Shown: positions 47,406 to 56,449 of the stretch, one piece after another | Layout: the number at the start of each line of letters is the position of its first letter | Position numbering within the stretch: the first letter of the stretch is position 1 | Source of the DNA: Candidatus Nanopelagicales bacterium | GTDB taxonomy: Bacteria > Actinomycetota > Actinomycetes > S36-B12 | NCBI GenBank assembly: GCA_044336815.1 | Contig: JBIIOU010000001.1 | Coordinates: 1,208 to 65,207, forward strand | Direction: 5' to 3' | DNA: 64,000 bases | Notes under the pieces: generated by a model | What the model was told of the DNA's origin: nothing | Database searches by the model: none | What the model saw: only the letters and a program-made list of their open reading frames with translations | Program-made: the position numbers and the translations under genes

Positions 47406-48128
47406 ATGTCGGCCTACATGTCAGCCCCCGTGGTTGGTGTCTCGGTGTACTTCGAGCAGGCCAAGTGGGGGGCCTGGGATATTCAAGCCGCTGCCCTCCC
47501 GCACTGGTACGTAGACCTCTTCCAAGGTGCCGGTGCGAGCATCGTGTTGTTGCCTCCGGCTAGCAATGCTGACGCACTTGATCGCCTTGATGGATTAGTT
47601 CTGGTTGGTGGCGCCGATGTTGATTCGCGGCGCTATGGTGCGACACCTCATTCAAGTGCGGATGCTCCACGAGAGTCAAGGGATGAATCCGAGACCGTGC
47701 TCTACCGAGGCGCTCGTGAGCGGGGGATGCCGGTGCTAGGTATTTGCCGCGGGTTGCAGATCATGGCCGTGGCCCATGGCGGTACGTTAATTCAAAATTT
47801 ACCCGACTTGGGGTTAGCAACTGTGCACCGTGAGGTACCGGGCCAGTTCGTTGACCACGACGCCACCTTCGCTGCCGGCTCGCTCATCGCGCAAGTGATG
47901 GGAACCACTGCTACCACTGTCAACTCTTCGCACCACCAGGGCATCGATAGCCCCGGCGACTTAACGGTGACCGGGTGGGCCGCTGATGGCACTATTGAGG
48001 TTTGTGAGGACACCGGCGCAGACTTTTGTCTCGGTGTGCAATGGCACCCCGAACACCCGAATCGACGGATTGCCGACGCCAATTTGATCGGCACCTTCTT
48101 GGCCGCGGCCGAGAGGTACCGCACCTAA
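47406..48128 (+). CDS. Gamma-glutamyl-gamma-aminobutyrate hydrolase-family amidase (PuuD-like, peptidase C26)
   Basis: GICRGLQ nucleophile motif, SSHHQ, and QWHPE. Confidence 0.85.
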   Translation: MSAYMSAPVVGVSVYFEQAKWGAWDIQAAALPHWYVDLFQGAGASIVLLPPASNADALDRLDGLVLVGGADVDSRRYGATPHSSADAPRESRDESETVLYRGARERGMPVLGICRGLQIMAVAHGGTLIQNLPDLGLATVHREVPGQFVDHDATFAAGSLIAQVMGTTATTVNSSHHQGIDSPGDLTVTGWAADGTIEVCEDTGADFCLGVQWHPEHPNRRIADANLIGTFLAAAERYRT

Positions 48129-48182
48129 CCTAAAACTGTTGCACCGCGCCCCGCCCCATCCCAGGCCTACCGGAGTGGGCGT

Positions 48183-48962
48183 CTAGAGCGGGGTGACGTA
48201 AGCCCCGGAGATACCACCGTCAACCAAAAAATTGGAGGCGGTGATGAAAGTAGAGTCATCGCTAGCCAAGAAGGCAACCGCTGCTGCGATTTCATGTGGC
48301 TCGCCGAATCGCCCGAACGGTATATGCACCAAGCGGCGCGCTGCGCGTTCTGGATCTTTGGCGAATAACTCAATCAGCAACGGGGTGTTGACCGGACCGG
48401 GCGAAAGTGCATTGACTCGCACTCCCGAGCGCGCAAATTGCACACCGAGTTCGCGGCTCATAGCTAGCACGCCACCTTTTGATGCGGTGTAAGAAATTTG
48501 CGAAGTGGCGGCGGCCATGGTGGCGACAAAGGAGGCCGTGTTGATAATCGACCCTTTACCTTGCTCGAGCATGTAGGGCAGAACAGCCTTACAGCATAAG
48601 AAGACAGATGTCAGGTTCACCTCTTGCACGCGCCGCCAGGCATCGATCCCTGTCTCGAGGATGGAATCGTCATCGGGTGGCGAAATGCCTGCGTTATTAA
48701 AAGCGATATCGATGCTGCCGTAGGTGTCCTTGGCGGCTTTAAACATGGCAGCAACTTGATCGGCATCGGTGACGTCGGTCTTGATAAATAGTCCGCCGAC
48801 TTCAGCAGCGGCCGCCTCGCCGGTAGTTGGGTCTAGGTCACCGATTACTACCTGGGCGCCTTCGTCGGCAAGTCGTCGAACGGTGGCCAAGCCAATCCCG
48901 CTTGCCCCACCGGTGATGACCGCTACGCGGCCTTCAAGTCGTCGACATTTGCTCTCACTCAT
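48183..48962 (-). CDS. Short-chain dehydrogenase/reductase (SDR)
   Basis: TGGASGIG cofactor motif, NNAG, and the YTASK catalytic motif. Confidence 0.88.
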   Translation of the reverse strand: MSESKCRRLEGRVAVITGGASGIGLATVRRLADEGAQVVIGDLDPTTGEAAAAEVGGLFIKTDVTDADQVAAMFKAAKDTYGSIDIAFNNAGISPPDDDSILETGIDAWRRVQEVNLTSVFLCCKAVLPYMLEQGKGSIINTASFVATMAAATSQISYTASKGGVLAMSRELGVQFARSGVRVNALSPGPVNTPLLIELFAKDPERAARRLVHIPFGRFGEPHEIAAAVAFLASDDSTFITASNFLVDGGISGAYVTPL

Positions 48963-49006
48963 GATTCCTCAATTCCTTGTCGGTAGTCCCACTAGCGGTT
49001 GCTGAA

Positions 49007-50365
49007 TTAATCTTCGGTGCTCAAGAACACGTTTTTGGTTTCAGTGAACGCATCGAGTGCATCCGGTCCGAGTTCACGACCTAGGCCAGAGCGCTTGAAA
49101 CCACCAAATGGGGTCCAGTATCTGACCGAGGAGTGGGAGTTGACCGACAGGTTGCCAGCTTCGATACCGCGGGCTACCCGGAGTGCGCGACCGACGTCGC
49201 GGGTCCAAATTGACCCTGACAGACCAAATTCGGAGTCATTTGCCAAAGCGATGCCGTCGGCCTCATCCTCAAAAGCGGTGACGACAACAACCGGGCCGAA
49301 AATCTCTTCGCGAAAGGCCCGCGCATCAGCTGCTACCGGAGCGAGCACGGTGGGGGCGAACCAGTACCCGGGCCCTGTTGGGCAACTGCCCCGGAAGGCC
49401 ACTGGTGCATCACTTGGTACGTACGACGAAACGGTGTCATGTTGCGCCCGTGAGATAAGTGGCCCCATCTCCGTTTGCTCAAGTGTTGGATCGCCAACTA
49501 CCACGCCCTTGACGGCAGTTTCAAAAAGCCCCATGAAACGATCGAAGACCGATCGCTGAACCAAAATGCGGGAGCGAGCGCAGCAATCCTGGCCCGCATT
49601 ATCGAACACCCCATAAGGGGCTGTCGCCGCAGCTTTTTCGATATCGGCGTCGGCGAAAATAATATTGGCGCTCTTGCCACCGAGTTCTAGGGTTACCGGC
49701 TTAATCTGTGGTGCGCAACCGGCCATAACCGCAGCGCCCACTGATGTTGAGCCGGTGAAAACTACTTTGCGAACGAGCGGGTTGTCGACAAACCGCTGGC
49801 CAACGATCGAGCCTTTCCCGGGTAGCACGATGAAGACGTCCTCGGGGATACCTGCCTCAAGTGCGAGCTCACCGAGCCTGATCGCGGTAAGGGGAGTCAA
49901 TTCAGCTGGTTTCAAAACCACGGTGCATCCTGCGGCCAAGGCGGGAGCAAAACCCCAACCGGCAATCGGCATCGGGAAATTCCAGGGGACTATGACACCA
50001 ACTACACCGATCGGCTCCTTGAAAGTAATGTCAACACCACCTGGCACTGGGATCTGCTGGCCAAAAAGGCGCTCAGGGGCACCGGAGTAGTAGTTCAGGA
50101 CGTTCGCGACGTTATTCGCTTCCCAGCGGGCGTTACCTATCGTGTGACCGGAGTTCTTGACCTCAAGTTGAGCAAGTTCTTCAGCGTGCTCGCGCACCAC
50201 ATCTGAAAATCTGCGCAGCAGGTTTGCGCGATCACCCGGAGCTACGCCTCGCCAAGATTCAAATGCCGCGTTAGCGCGCGCAATTGCCTGATCGGCTTCG
50301 TCGGCTGAGGTGGCGGCTACGTTAGCAACAATCTCTTCAGTGGCCGGGTTAATTACGGCGTGCAT
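49007..50365 (-). CDS. Aldehyde dehydrogenase (gamma-glutamyl-aminoaldehyde / aminobutyraldehyde DH-like)
   Basis: ELGGKSA and GQDCCA catalytic motifs. Confidence 0.88.
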   Translation of the reverse strand: MHAVINPATEEIVANVAATSADEADQAIARANAAFESWRGVAPGDRANLLRRFSDVVREHAEELAQLEVKNSGHTIGNARWEANNVANVLNYYSGAPERLFGQQIPVPGGVDITFKEPIGVVGVIVPWNFPMPIAGWGFAPALAAGCTVVLKPAELTPLTAIRLGELALEAGIPEDVFIVLPGKGSIVGQRFVDNPLVRKVVFTGSTSVGAAVMAGCAPQIKPVTLELGGKSANIIFADADIEKAAATAPYGVFDNAGQDCCARSRILVQRSVFDRFMGLFETAVKGVVVGDPTLEQTEMGPLISRAQHDTVSSYVPSDAPVAFRGSCPTGPGYWFAPTVLAPVAADARAFREEIFGPVVVVTAFEDEADGIALANDSEFGLSGSIWTRDVGRALRVARGIEAGNLSVNSHSSVRYWTPFGGFKRSGLGRELGPDALDAFTETKNVFLSTED

Positions 50366-50407
50366 TTCATCTCCCGAGTAGTGAATTCTGTGTTGATAGT
50401 GCTGGGC

Positions 50408-51772
50408 TTAGAGTCGCTCGAAACTGCGGTACCGCTCCCAGTCGGTCACGGCCTTGCCAAATGCAGCAAGTTCTACTTTTGCCATGTTGGTGTAGTGAGC
50501 CTGCACTGCGGCACCGAAAGTCTCAGTGATCCAAGGTGAAGACTCCCATAGTTTCAGTGAGTCGCGCATGTCAGAAGCCACGTGGGCGGAATCACTGGAG
50601 TAGGCATTACCTTCGAACTCCGGCTCCAGCGGCAAGTTGCGCTCGATGCCATCAAGGCCGGCGGCGATCATCCCGGCGACGGCAAGATAGGGATTTACAT
50701 CACCGCCTGGAACTCGGTTCTCAAGGCGAAGTGATTGGCCGTGGCCGACGAGCCGGAAAGCGCAGGTGCGGTTATCGCGACCCCAACGCACCGCGGTCGG
50801 CGCGAATGAACCTGGCACGAAGCGTTTGTACGAGTTGATCTGGGGAGCATAAAGAAGTGTCAGTTCGTCAATGTGTGCTAATTGGCCAGCGATGAAGGCT
50901 TTACCCAAGGCCGACATGCCTGACGGGTCATTATCATCAGCCATCACCATCGAGCCATCGTTACCGCGGAAAGAAAGATGGATGTGACATGAGCTGCCTT
51001 CCCGCTCATTGAATTTCGCCATGAAGGTTAGAGATACCCCTTCTTGAGCGGCAATCTCCTTGGCCCCGGTCTTGTAAACCACATGGTTGTCGCAGGTGGC
51101 TAGCGCATCTGTGTACTTGAAAGCTATCTCGTGCTGGCCCAGATTACATTCACCTTTTGCGCTTTCAACAGTCATACCTGCCGCGGTCATTTCATTACGG
51201 ATGCGGCGAAGTAAGGGTTCAACCCTTGCGGTACCGAGCATCGAGTAGTCAACGTTATAAAGATTTGCCGGAGTGAGATCGCGGTAGCCGCTCTCCCATG
51301 CCTCCTCGTAGGAATCCAGAAAAACAATGAACTCAAGTTCGGTGCCAACAAATGCGCCCATGCCGGCATCGGCAAGTCGGGCAAGTTGCCCTCGCAGGAT
51401 TTGCCGGGGTGAGGCAACCACGTCAGAGCCGTCCTCCCAAAGCACATCGCACAGCACCCCGACGGTGCCTGGCTGCCAGGGCTGGTAATGCAAGGTGCCA
51501 AGGTCGGGGCGCATCACTAGGTCGCCGTACCCCGTCTCCCAAGATGACATCTCGTAGCCGTTGACGGTGTTCATGTCAACATCAACGGCAAGAAGGTAGT
51601 TGCACCCTTCGGTGCCGTGGCCGAGTATTTCGTCAACAAAAAAATGTGCATGGATGCGCTTACCCTGCAGGCGCCCTTGCATATCGGTGATTGCAACCGC
51701 CACCGTGTCGATGGTGCCAGCATCGACTTCGCGTTTGAGTGTTTCAACATCAAGTCGGGCAATGCGAGCCAT
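50408..51772 (-). CDS. Glutamine-synthetase-like gamma-glutamyl-amine synthetase (GlnA3/GlnA4/PuuA type)
   Basis: GS catalytic domain pattern (GSSCHIHLS, NRTCAFR, ENRVPGGDVNPY). Clustered with PuuD-like, ALDH and SDR genes. Confidence 0.85.
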   Translation of the reverse strand: MARIARLDVETLKREVDAGTIDTVAVAITDMQGRLQGKRIHAHFFVDEILGHGTEGCNYLLAVDVDMNTVNGYEMSSWETGYGDLVMRPDLGTLHYQPWQPGTVGVLCDVLWEDGSDVVASPRQILRGQLARLADAGMGAFVGTELEFIVFLDSYEEAWESGYRDLTPANLYNVDYSMLGTARVEPLLRRIRNEMTAAGMTVESAKGECNLGQHEIAFKYTDALATCDNHVVYKTGAKEIAAQEGVSLTFMAKFNEREGSSCHIHLSFRGNDGSMVMADDNDPSGMSALGKAFIAGQLAHIDELTLLYAPQINSYKRFVPGSFAPTAVRWGRDNRTCAFRLVGHGQSLRLENRVPGGDVNPYLAVAGMIAAGLDGIERNLPLEPEFEGNAYSSDSAHVASDMRDSLKLWESSPWITETFGAAVQAHYTNMAKVELAAFGKAVTDWERYRSFERL

Positions 51773-51922
51773 TTGCTACCTCCGGGTCGCGATCATCACT
51801 CAGGACCCCAACCCTGCCCTATGAAGGACCCCCTTTGTGTCCCGGCCCCCAAATTAGTCATCGCCGAAGAAGGTATTTAGCTCGATGGTGACCTACGCTG
51901 CCATTTATGGACGAGGTATCAG

Positions 51923-52849
51923 GTGGTTGACCCATTCGCTGAGCTGCCACCATCAGATGCTGCTCGGATAGTGAAATTATCCTGCGTCCGAAATGCCAGC
52001 TCCGCCGAGGTTTTGGCCGGCGGGATCACCAATCGCAACTACAAAGTGACAACGCCGGCAGGGATTGTCGTGGTTCGGCTCTCCGACGTCGGGTCATCAG
52101 CGCTCGCGATTGATCGAGACAATGAGCACCTGAATTCAATCTCCGCCGCAGTCTGCGGAGCCGGAGCACCCGTGATTGAGTATGTGCCCGAGGCTGGTGC
52201 CTTGGTTGTCGGCTGGATTGACGGGCGAACCTTTACCGAAGCTGATGTGCGTAACCCGGTGAACTTGCCGAGAATCGCTGCGGCATGTCGGGTACTGCAC
52301 GCTGGCCCACGCTTTGTCAGTGATTTCAATATGTTCGATATCCAGGCGCGTTATTTGTCGCTGGTGCAAGCAGAGGGGTATCGATTACCCGCACGGTATC
52401 TGGATCTCATGCCAGCGTTTGCGCGCATGCGAGCGGCGATGGAGGTGCACCCAGAGCCTGCGGTGCCGTGCAATAACGATCTGCTAGCAGCAAATTTCAT
52501 TGATGGGGGCGAAAAGCTGTGGCTCATCGACTACGAATACTCGGGAAACAACGAAGCAAGCTTTGAGCTCGGCAATATCTGGAGTGAATCCACCCTGCCT
52601 TTAAATTTGTTGGAAGTGCTCGTAGAAAGTTACTGGGGGCAGAATTTGCCTGGTAAGACGGCCCGGGCCCGCCTTTGGGGGCTGGCATCTCAGTACGGCT
52701 GGACCTTATGGGCGGCTATCCAAACATCGATCAGCCCGATCGATTTTGATTATTGGGCCTGGGGGATGGAAAAGTATGACCGGGCGGTCGCGGAGTTCGA
52801 AAGTCCCGGTTTTGAGCGGCTATTGCTTGACGTTGCCACCGGCCACTAG
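51923..52849 (+). CDS. Choline/ethanolamine-kinase-family phosphotransferase (APH fold)
   Basis: Brenner-type motif CNNDLLAANFI and the kinase motif LIDYEYSGNN. Confidence 0.8.
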   Translation: MVDPFAELPPSDAARIVKLSCVRNASSAEVLAGGITNRNYKVTTPAGIVVVRLSDVGSSALAIDRDNEHLNSISAAVCGAGAPVIEYVPEAGALVVGWIDGRTFTEADVRNPVNLPRIAAACRVLHAGPRFVSDFNMFDIQARYLSLVQAEGYRLPARYLDLMPAFARMRAAMEVHPEPAVPCNNDLLAANFIDGGEKLWLIDYEYSGNNEASFELGNIWSESTLPLNLLEVLVESYWGQNLPGKTARARLWGLASQYGWTLWAAIQTSISPIDFDYWAWGMEKYDRAVAEFESPGFERLLLDVATGH

Positions 52850-52999
52850 CGAAATGGGTGCCTAGTCCTTGGGCGTGTCTAAGTTGCCGGGAACCAATTG
52901 TGGGAGGACACTCAGCCGCAATGGTGTCCCTCTCGCGGGGGTCGCAAGGTGCGAAATCCTCGCGAAATGACATTGCCCGCGTTACTGAGGAGGACAACG

Positions 53000-54667
53000 G
53001 TGGCCGATCAATCAACAATGAGTGCTGATGAAAAGCGTCTTGCAGAGCTTGGATACAAGCAAGAGTTGAACCGAAATTGGTCAGGTTTCTCCAATTTCGC
53101 GATCTCTTTCTCGATTATTTCCATCCTAGCCGGCTGTTTCACAACCTTCGGCCAAGCCTGGAATAACGGTGGCCCGATTGCCATTTCAGTTGGCTGGCCG
53201 CTCATTGCCGCATTCATCCTGGTTATCGGGTTCACCTTGTCAGAGCTCGTCTCGGCTTACCCAACCTCCGGGGGCATCTATTGGTGGGCTTCGAAGATGG
53301 GTGGCCCGAAGGCCGGTTACTACACCGGTTGGCTGAATCTGATTGGGCTGCTGGCCGTAATTGCCTCGGTGTCATACGGATGCGCCACCTTCTTTGATCT
53401 AGCGCTGATGTCACTGAGCGAGTCCTGGGCAGCCGGCTATTCGTTGCAGCGAGTGTTCATCATGTTCGTCGTTGTTTTGGCGATTGTGGTCATCTTGAAT
53501 ATTTGGGGTGGCACTCTCATGAACAAGATCAACAATGTTTCGGTGTGGTGGCATGTTTTCGGTGCGGCGATCATCGTCTTGATTCTGATCGTCCTGCCTG
53601 AGAATCACATGAGCTTCAGCGACGTGTTCTCAATGCGAGTCAATAACTCAGGCGGTCTCAACGGTGGAACTACAGATGGCATCGGGTTCTGGTTCTATGT
53701 ACTTCCGCTGGGCTTCTTACTTACCCAGTACACAATTACCGGCTTCGATGCCTCCGCACACCTTTCTGAGGAGACCGAAGGTGCGTCCAGTGGTGCTGCC
53801 AAAGGTATCTGGAAGTCGATCTTCTACTCCGCAATTGGCGGTTGGGTGCTACTGCTCGCATTCTTGTTCGCAGTTCAGGACGCTGATGCCGTGACCGCAG
53901 GTGGTGGTGGCGTCGCCGTTATCCTTGCTCAGGCGCTAGATGCAAAAGTTGCCGGTATCGTGTTGTTGATCTCGGCATTCGGGCAACTTTTCTGCTCGAC
54001 CGCCTGCATGACCAGTACCTCGCGCATGACTTACGCCTTTAGCCGTGACGGTGCAGTGCCGGGTGCAAAATACTGGGCATCTCTCAACAAGAAAAAGATA
54101 CCGGCCAATGCCGTTGTAATGGCGGCCGTTGTCGCGGCCGTCATTACCTTGCCGGCACTTCTTGAGGTAAACATCGGGTCCGAGGAAGCGCCGATAATCG
54201 TCCCAACAGCGTTCTACGCTGTTGTTTCGGTCGCTGTCATCGGCCTGTTCCTCTCCTTCCTAATCCCAATCTTCCTGCGCTGGCGGATGGGGTCGAAGTT
54301 CGAACAAGGTCCATGGAACCTTGGCAACAAGTGGAAGTGGATGGCACCGCTTGCGATAATCGAGATTGCTGTTGTGTCGGTTTACTTCATCTTGCCCTTT
54401 ACTCCAGCTGGCACACCGGGCTGGCTCCGCTGGCTCAACGGTTCACCGAGTGCGGAGGAGGTGCCGTTCGACTGGAAGTTCGTGAACTACGCGCCGATCC
54501 TAACTATTGGCGCGCTGATACTGCTGTGGATCGGCTGGCATGTGTCGGCCAAGAAGTGGTTCACCGGCCCCAAGATGACGATTGACCTACCTGCTGGTGT
54601 TTCATCGGCCGATGAAATCGGCCTTGAACACGAGAATAAGGGCTTTCACCAGCCACCACAGGGCTAA
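53000..54667 (+). CDS. APC-superfamily amino acid/amine permease
   Basis: 12+ TM helices. N-terminal LNRNWSGFSNFAISFSIISILAG. GTG 53000 lies 5 nt after GAGGAGGA (alternative ATG 53018). Confidence 0.85.
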   Translation: MADQSTMSADEKRLAELGYKQELNRNWSGFSNFAISFSIISILAGCFTTFGQAWNNGGPIAISVGWPLIAAFILVIGFTLSELVSAYPTSGGIYWWASKMGGPKAGYYTGWLNLIGLLAVIASVSYGCATFFDLALMSLSESWAAGYSLQRVFIMFVVVLAIVVILNIWGGTLMNKINNVSVWWHVFGAAIIVLILIVLPENHMSFSDVFSMRVNNSGGLNGGTTDGIGFWFYVLPLGFLLTQYTITGFDASAHLSEETEGASSGAAKGIWKSIFYSAIGGWVLLLAFLFAVQDADAVTAGGGGVAVILAQALDAKVAGIVLLISAFGQLFCSTACMTSTSRMTYAFSRDGAVPGAKYWASLNKKKIPANAVVMAAVVAAVITLPALLEVNIGSEEAPIIVPTAFYAVVSVAVIGLFLSFLIPIFLRWRMGSKFEQGPWNLGNKWKWMAPLAIIEIAVVSVYFILPFTPAGTPGWLRWLNGSPSAEEVPFDWKFVNYAPILTIGALILLWIGWHVSAKKWFTGPKMTIDLPAGVSSADEIGLEHENKGFHQPPQG

Positions 54668-54675
54668 GGGTTAGC

Positions 54676-54725
54676 AAATTCGGCGGGTGGGCACATACAA
54701 GTGTCCACCCGCCGAATTTATTTTG
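54676..54725. terminator. Bidirectional rho-independent terminator
   Basis: AAATTCGGCGGGTGGGCAC (54676-54694) pairs with GTGTCCACCCGCCGAATTT (54701-54719) in 18 of 19 positions around a 6-nt loop, followed by ATTTTG. It sits between convergent genes. Confidence 0.85.
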
Positions 54726-55101
54726 CCGCGAGGTTTTTGAGCGACGCCATCACTAATTCGGCATCAATGGAGTCGACAAGCTCGCAGCCATTTAGCAACT
54801 CGATGGCTCGGGCAGCCACTTCCCGACTGCCTTTTGGGTTACCACGAGCCTGGTGGGTAAGTGCTGCTCCCCACTGGGCTAACGCCCGCCAGTAGTCGCG
54901 CTCGCCGGGTGGGCAGCAGCGCCAGCGCTGTTCGAAAACTTCATGGGCGTGAAATGGCAAATCTAAGTTCAGGTAGTAAGTCGCTTCATCCCACGCAGTT
55001 TCACTTGAAATGTCGTCACGTTTCGGCACAGTGGCAACTATTTGATGCTCAGGTGCGTCGAAAGCCAGTGGTCGGCCGTAACGATCACGCGGGCGTGTCA
55101 T
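54718..55101 (-). CDS. DUF309-domain protein
   Basis: FHAHEVFEQRW ... WRALAQWGAALTHQARGNPKGS matches the DUF309 pattern. Confidence 0.7.
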   Translation of the reverse strand: MTRPRDRYGRPLAFDAPEHQIVATVPKRDDISSETAWDEATYYLNLDLPFHAHEVFEQRWRCCPPGERDYWRALAQWGAALTHQARGNPKGSREVAARAIELLNGCELVDSIDAELVMASLKNLAAK

Positions 55102-55106
55102 CGAAA

Positions 55107-56018
55107 CTACTTATGCTGTTCGGCAAGCCAAGGAAGAATAACCGCGTTGAAGTCTTCTGGGGATTCCTCGTGCGGAAAATGCCCAGTTTGCATGGCTTTG
55201 AATTCGTAGTTTGCACTGACGTACTTATCACTGCCGTTGCAACTTTCTATAAGCACCATCGGGTCCTGAGCTCCGTGAATCTGCAGCACATTCATGTCGA
55301 TTGGCGCAGACATGGCTGACATGTACCGCAGGCCATCTGGGCGCAGCAGTGAGCGAACCGACCAACGGTGGTACTCAATCGCAGTGTGGGCGGTGGGCCA
55401 GCGCAAGAATGCCGCGCGGTACATATCACCAGCCTCATCAACCCACTGCGGTGAAGCCGACCACTTAGTTAGTAGCTCGCTAATGCGTTCAGCGTCGGCC
55501 TTCATGAATGAATTCTCGGGCAAGAATGGCAATTGGAAACCTGCTAGGTAACCCAATTTACGAAGTTGGCGCGGCCGCAGTGCTGCTCGGCGCATAACCC
55601 GTGGATGCGGTGCGGATACGGTGACGATGCCACGGACCGCATCGGGTTGGGTTACTGCCATGGACCATGCGATCAAGCCACCCCAGCCATGACCGATGAC
55701 AATTGCGTCTGATTCACCTAGGCAACGAATTACACCGGCAACGTCAGCCGAAAGACTGATGGGGTCGTAGCCGTGCGGGGTGTGATCTGAGCCCCCGTAG
55801 CCGCGCAAGTCCATCGCGATGGCGTGGTAACCGGCCGCCGCCAGGGCGGTTACCTGCTTACGCCAAGTCCACCAATAGGTCGGAAACCCATGTAAGAGAA
55901 CCACCGCGGGGCCAACACCTGCCTCAACAACGTGAAAGCGTGCACCGTGGGCCGGCACATCACGATGGGTCCAGGGCCCTGGTACCCGGATGGCTTGATC
56001 AGGATCAAGAATTGGCAC
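55107..56018 (-). CDS. Epoxide-hydrolase-like alpha/beta hydrolase with Gly in place of the nucleophile
   Basis: HGFPTYWWTWRKQ (the HGFP..W..W motif of epoxide hydrolases / haloalkane dehalogenases). The elbow reads GHGWGG where GHDWGG is expected. C-terminal GHFPHEE. Confidence 0.8.
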   Translation of the reverse strand: MPILDPDQAIRVPGPWTHRDVPAHGARFHVVEAGVGPAVVLLHGFPTYWWTWRKQVTALAAAGYHAIAMDLRGYGGSDHTPHGYDPISLSADVAGVIRCLGESDAIVIGHGWGGLIAWSMAVTQPDAVRGIVTVSAPHPRVMRRAALRPRQLRKLGYLAGFQLPFLPENSFMKADAERISELLTKWSASPQWVDEAGDMYRAAFLRWPTAHTAIEYHRWSVRSLLRPDGLRYMSAMSAPIDMNVLQIHGAQDPMVLIESCNGSDKYVSANYEFKAMQTGHFPHEESPEDFNAVILPWLAEQHK

Positions 56019-56021
56019 AGT

Positions 56022-56429
56022 TCAGGTGCCGGAACTCTCGGGGTCGGCCGCACCCAATGCACTTGCGGTTTTGCCAAGTTCGTCAATTGTGGTCATCGTG
56101 CCGCTGCGCACTTGGAGAAGTTTCTTGCGCGCGATCAGGCCGGTAATGACGGCGCCGAGAATCAGCAGCATTGCCACGATCAAGAATCCAAGCCAAGTCT
56201 GCAGGCCGAGCTGCACTAGGCCGTAAGCGAGTGAAACTAGCAAGAAGATGGTGGCGAGTGAGATCAGTGATAGAGCCGCAATACCGAGGGCGGCCCCGGC
56301 CCCGATGCGTGAACCCGCCTTGCTGATTTCGTCCTTGGCCAATGCCAACTGCGCCAATGCCAACCGCTGGGCATCAGAAACCACCTTGCTAACCAGCTCG
56401 GTGATACTCGGTTCGGTCTTAGCTGCCAT
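56022..56429 (-). CDS. Actinobacterial holin-X / phage-holin-family-like small membrane protein
   Basis: An amphipathic N-terminus followed by two TM helices (GAALGIAALSLISLATIFLLVSLAY; WLGFLIVAMLLILGAVITGLI). Confidence 0.65.
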   Translation of the reverse strand: MAAKTEPSITELVSKVVSDAQRLALAQLALAKDEISKAGSRIGAGAALGIAALSLISLATIFLLVSLAYGLVQLGLQTWLGFLIVAMLLILGAVITGLIARKKLLQVRSGTMTTIDELGKTASALGAADPESSGT

Positions 56430-56449
56430 GGTGATCCTCCGGGTAGAGG

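Noticed and set aside
56022-56429. A prophage or phage remnant, suggested by the holin-family gene and by the superinfection-immunity-family gene at 6086..6379.
   Set aside because: The window contains no integrase, terminase, capsid, tail, endolysin or att-like repeats. Both genes sit in operon-like arrangements with cellular genes.
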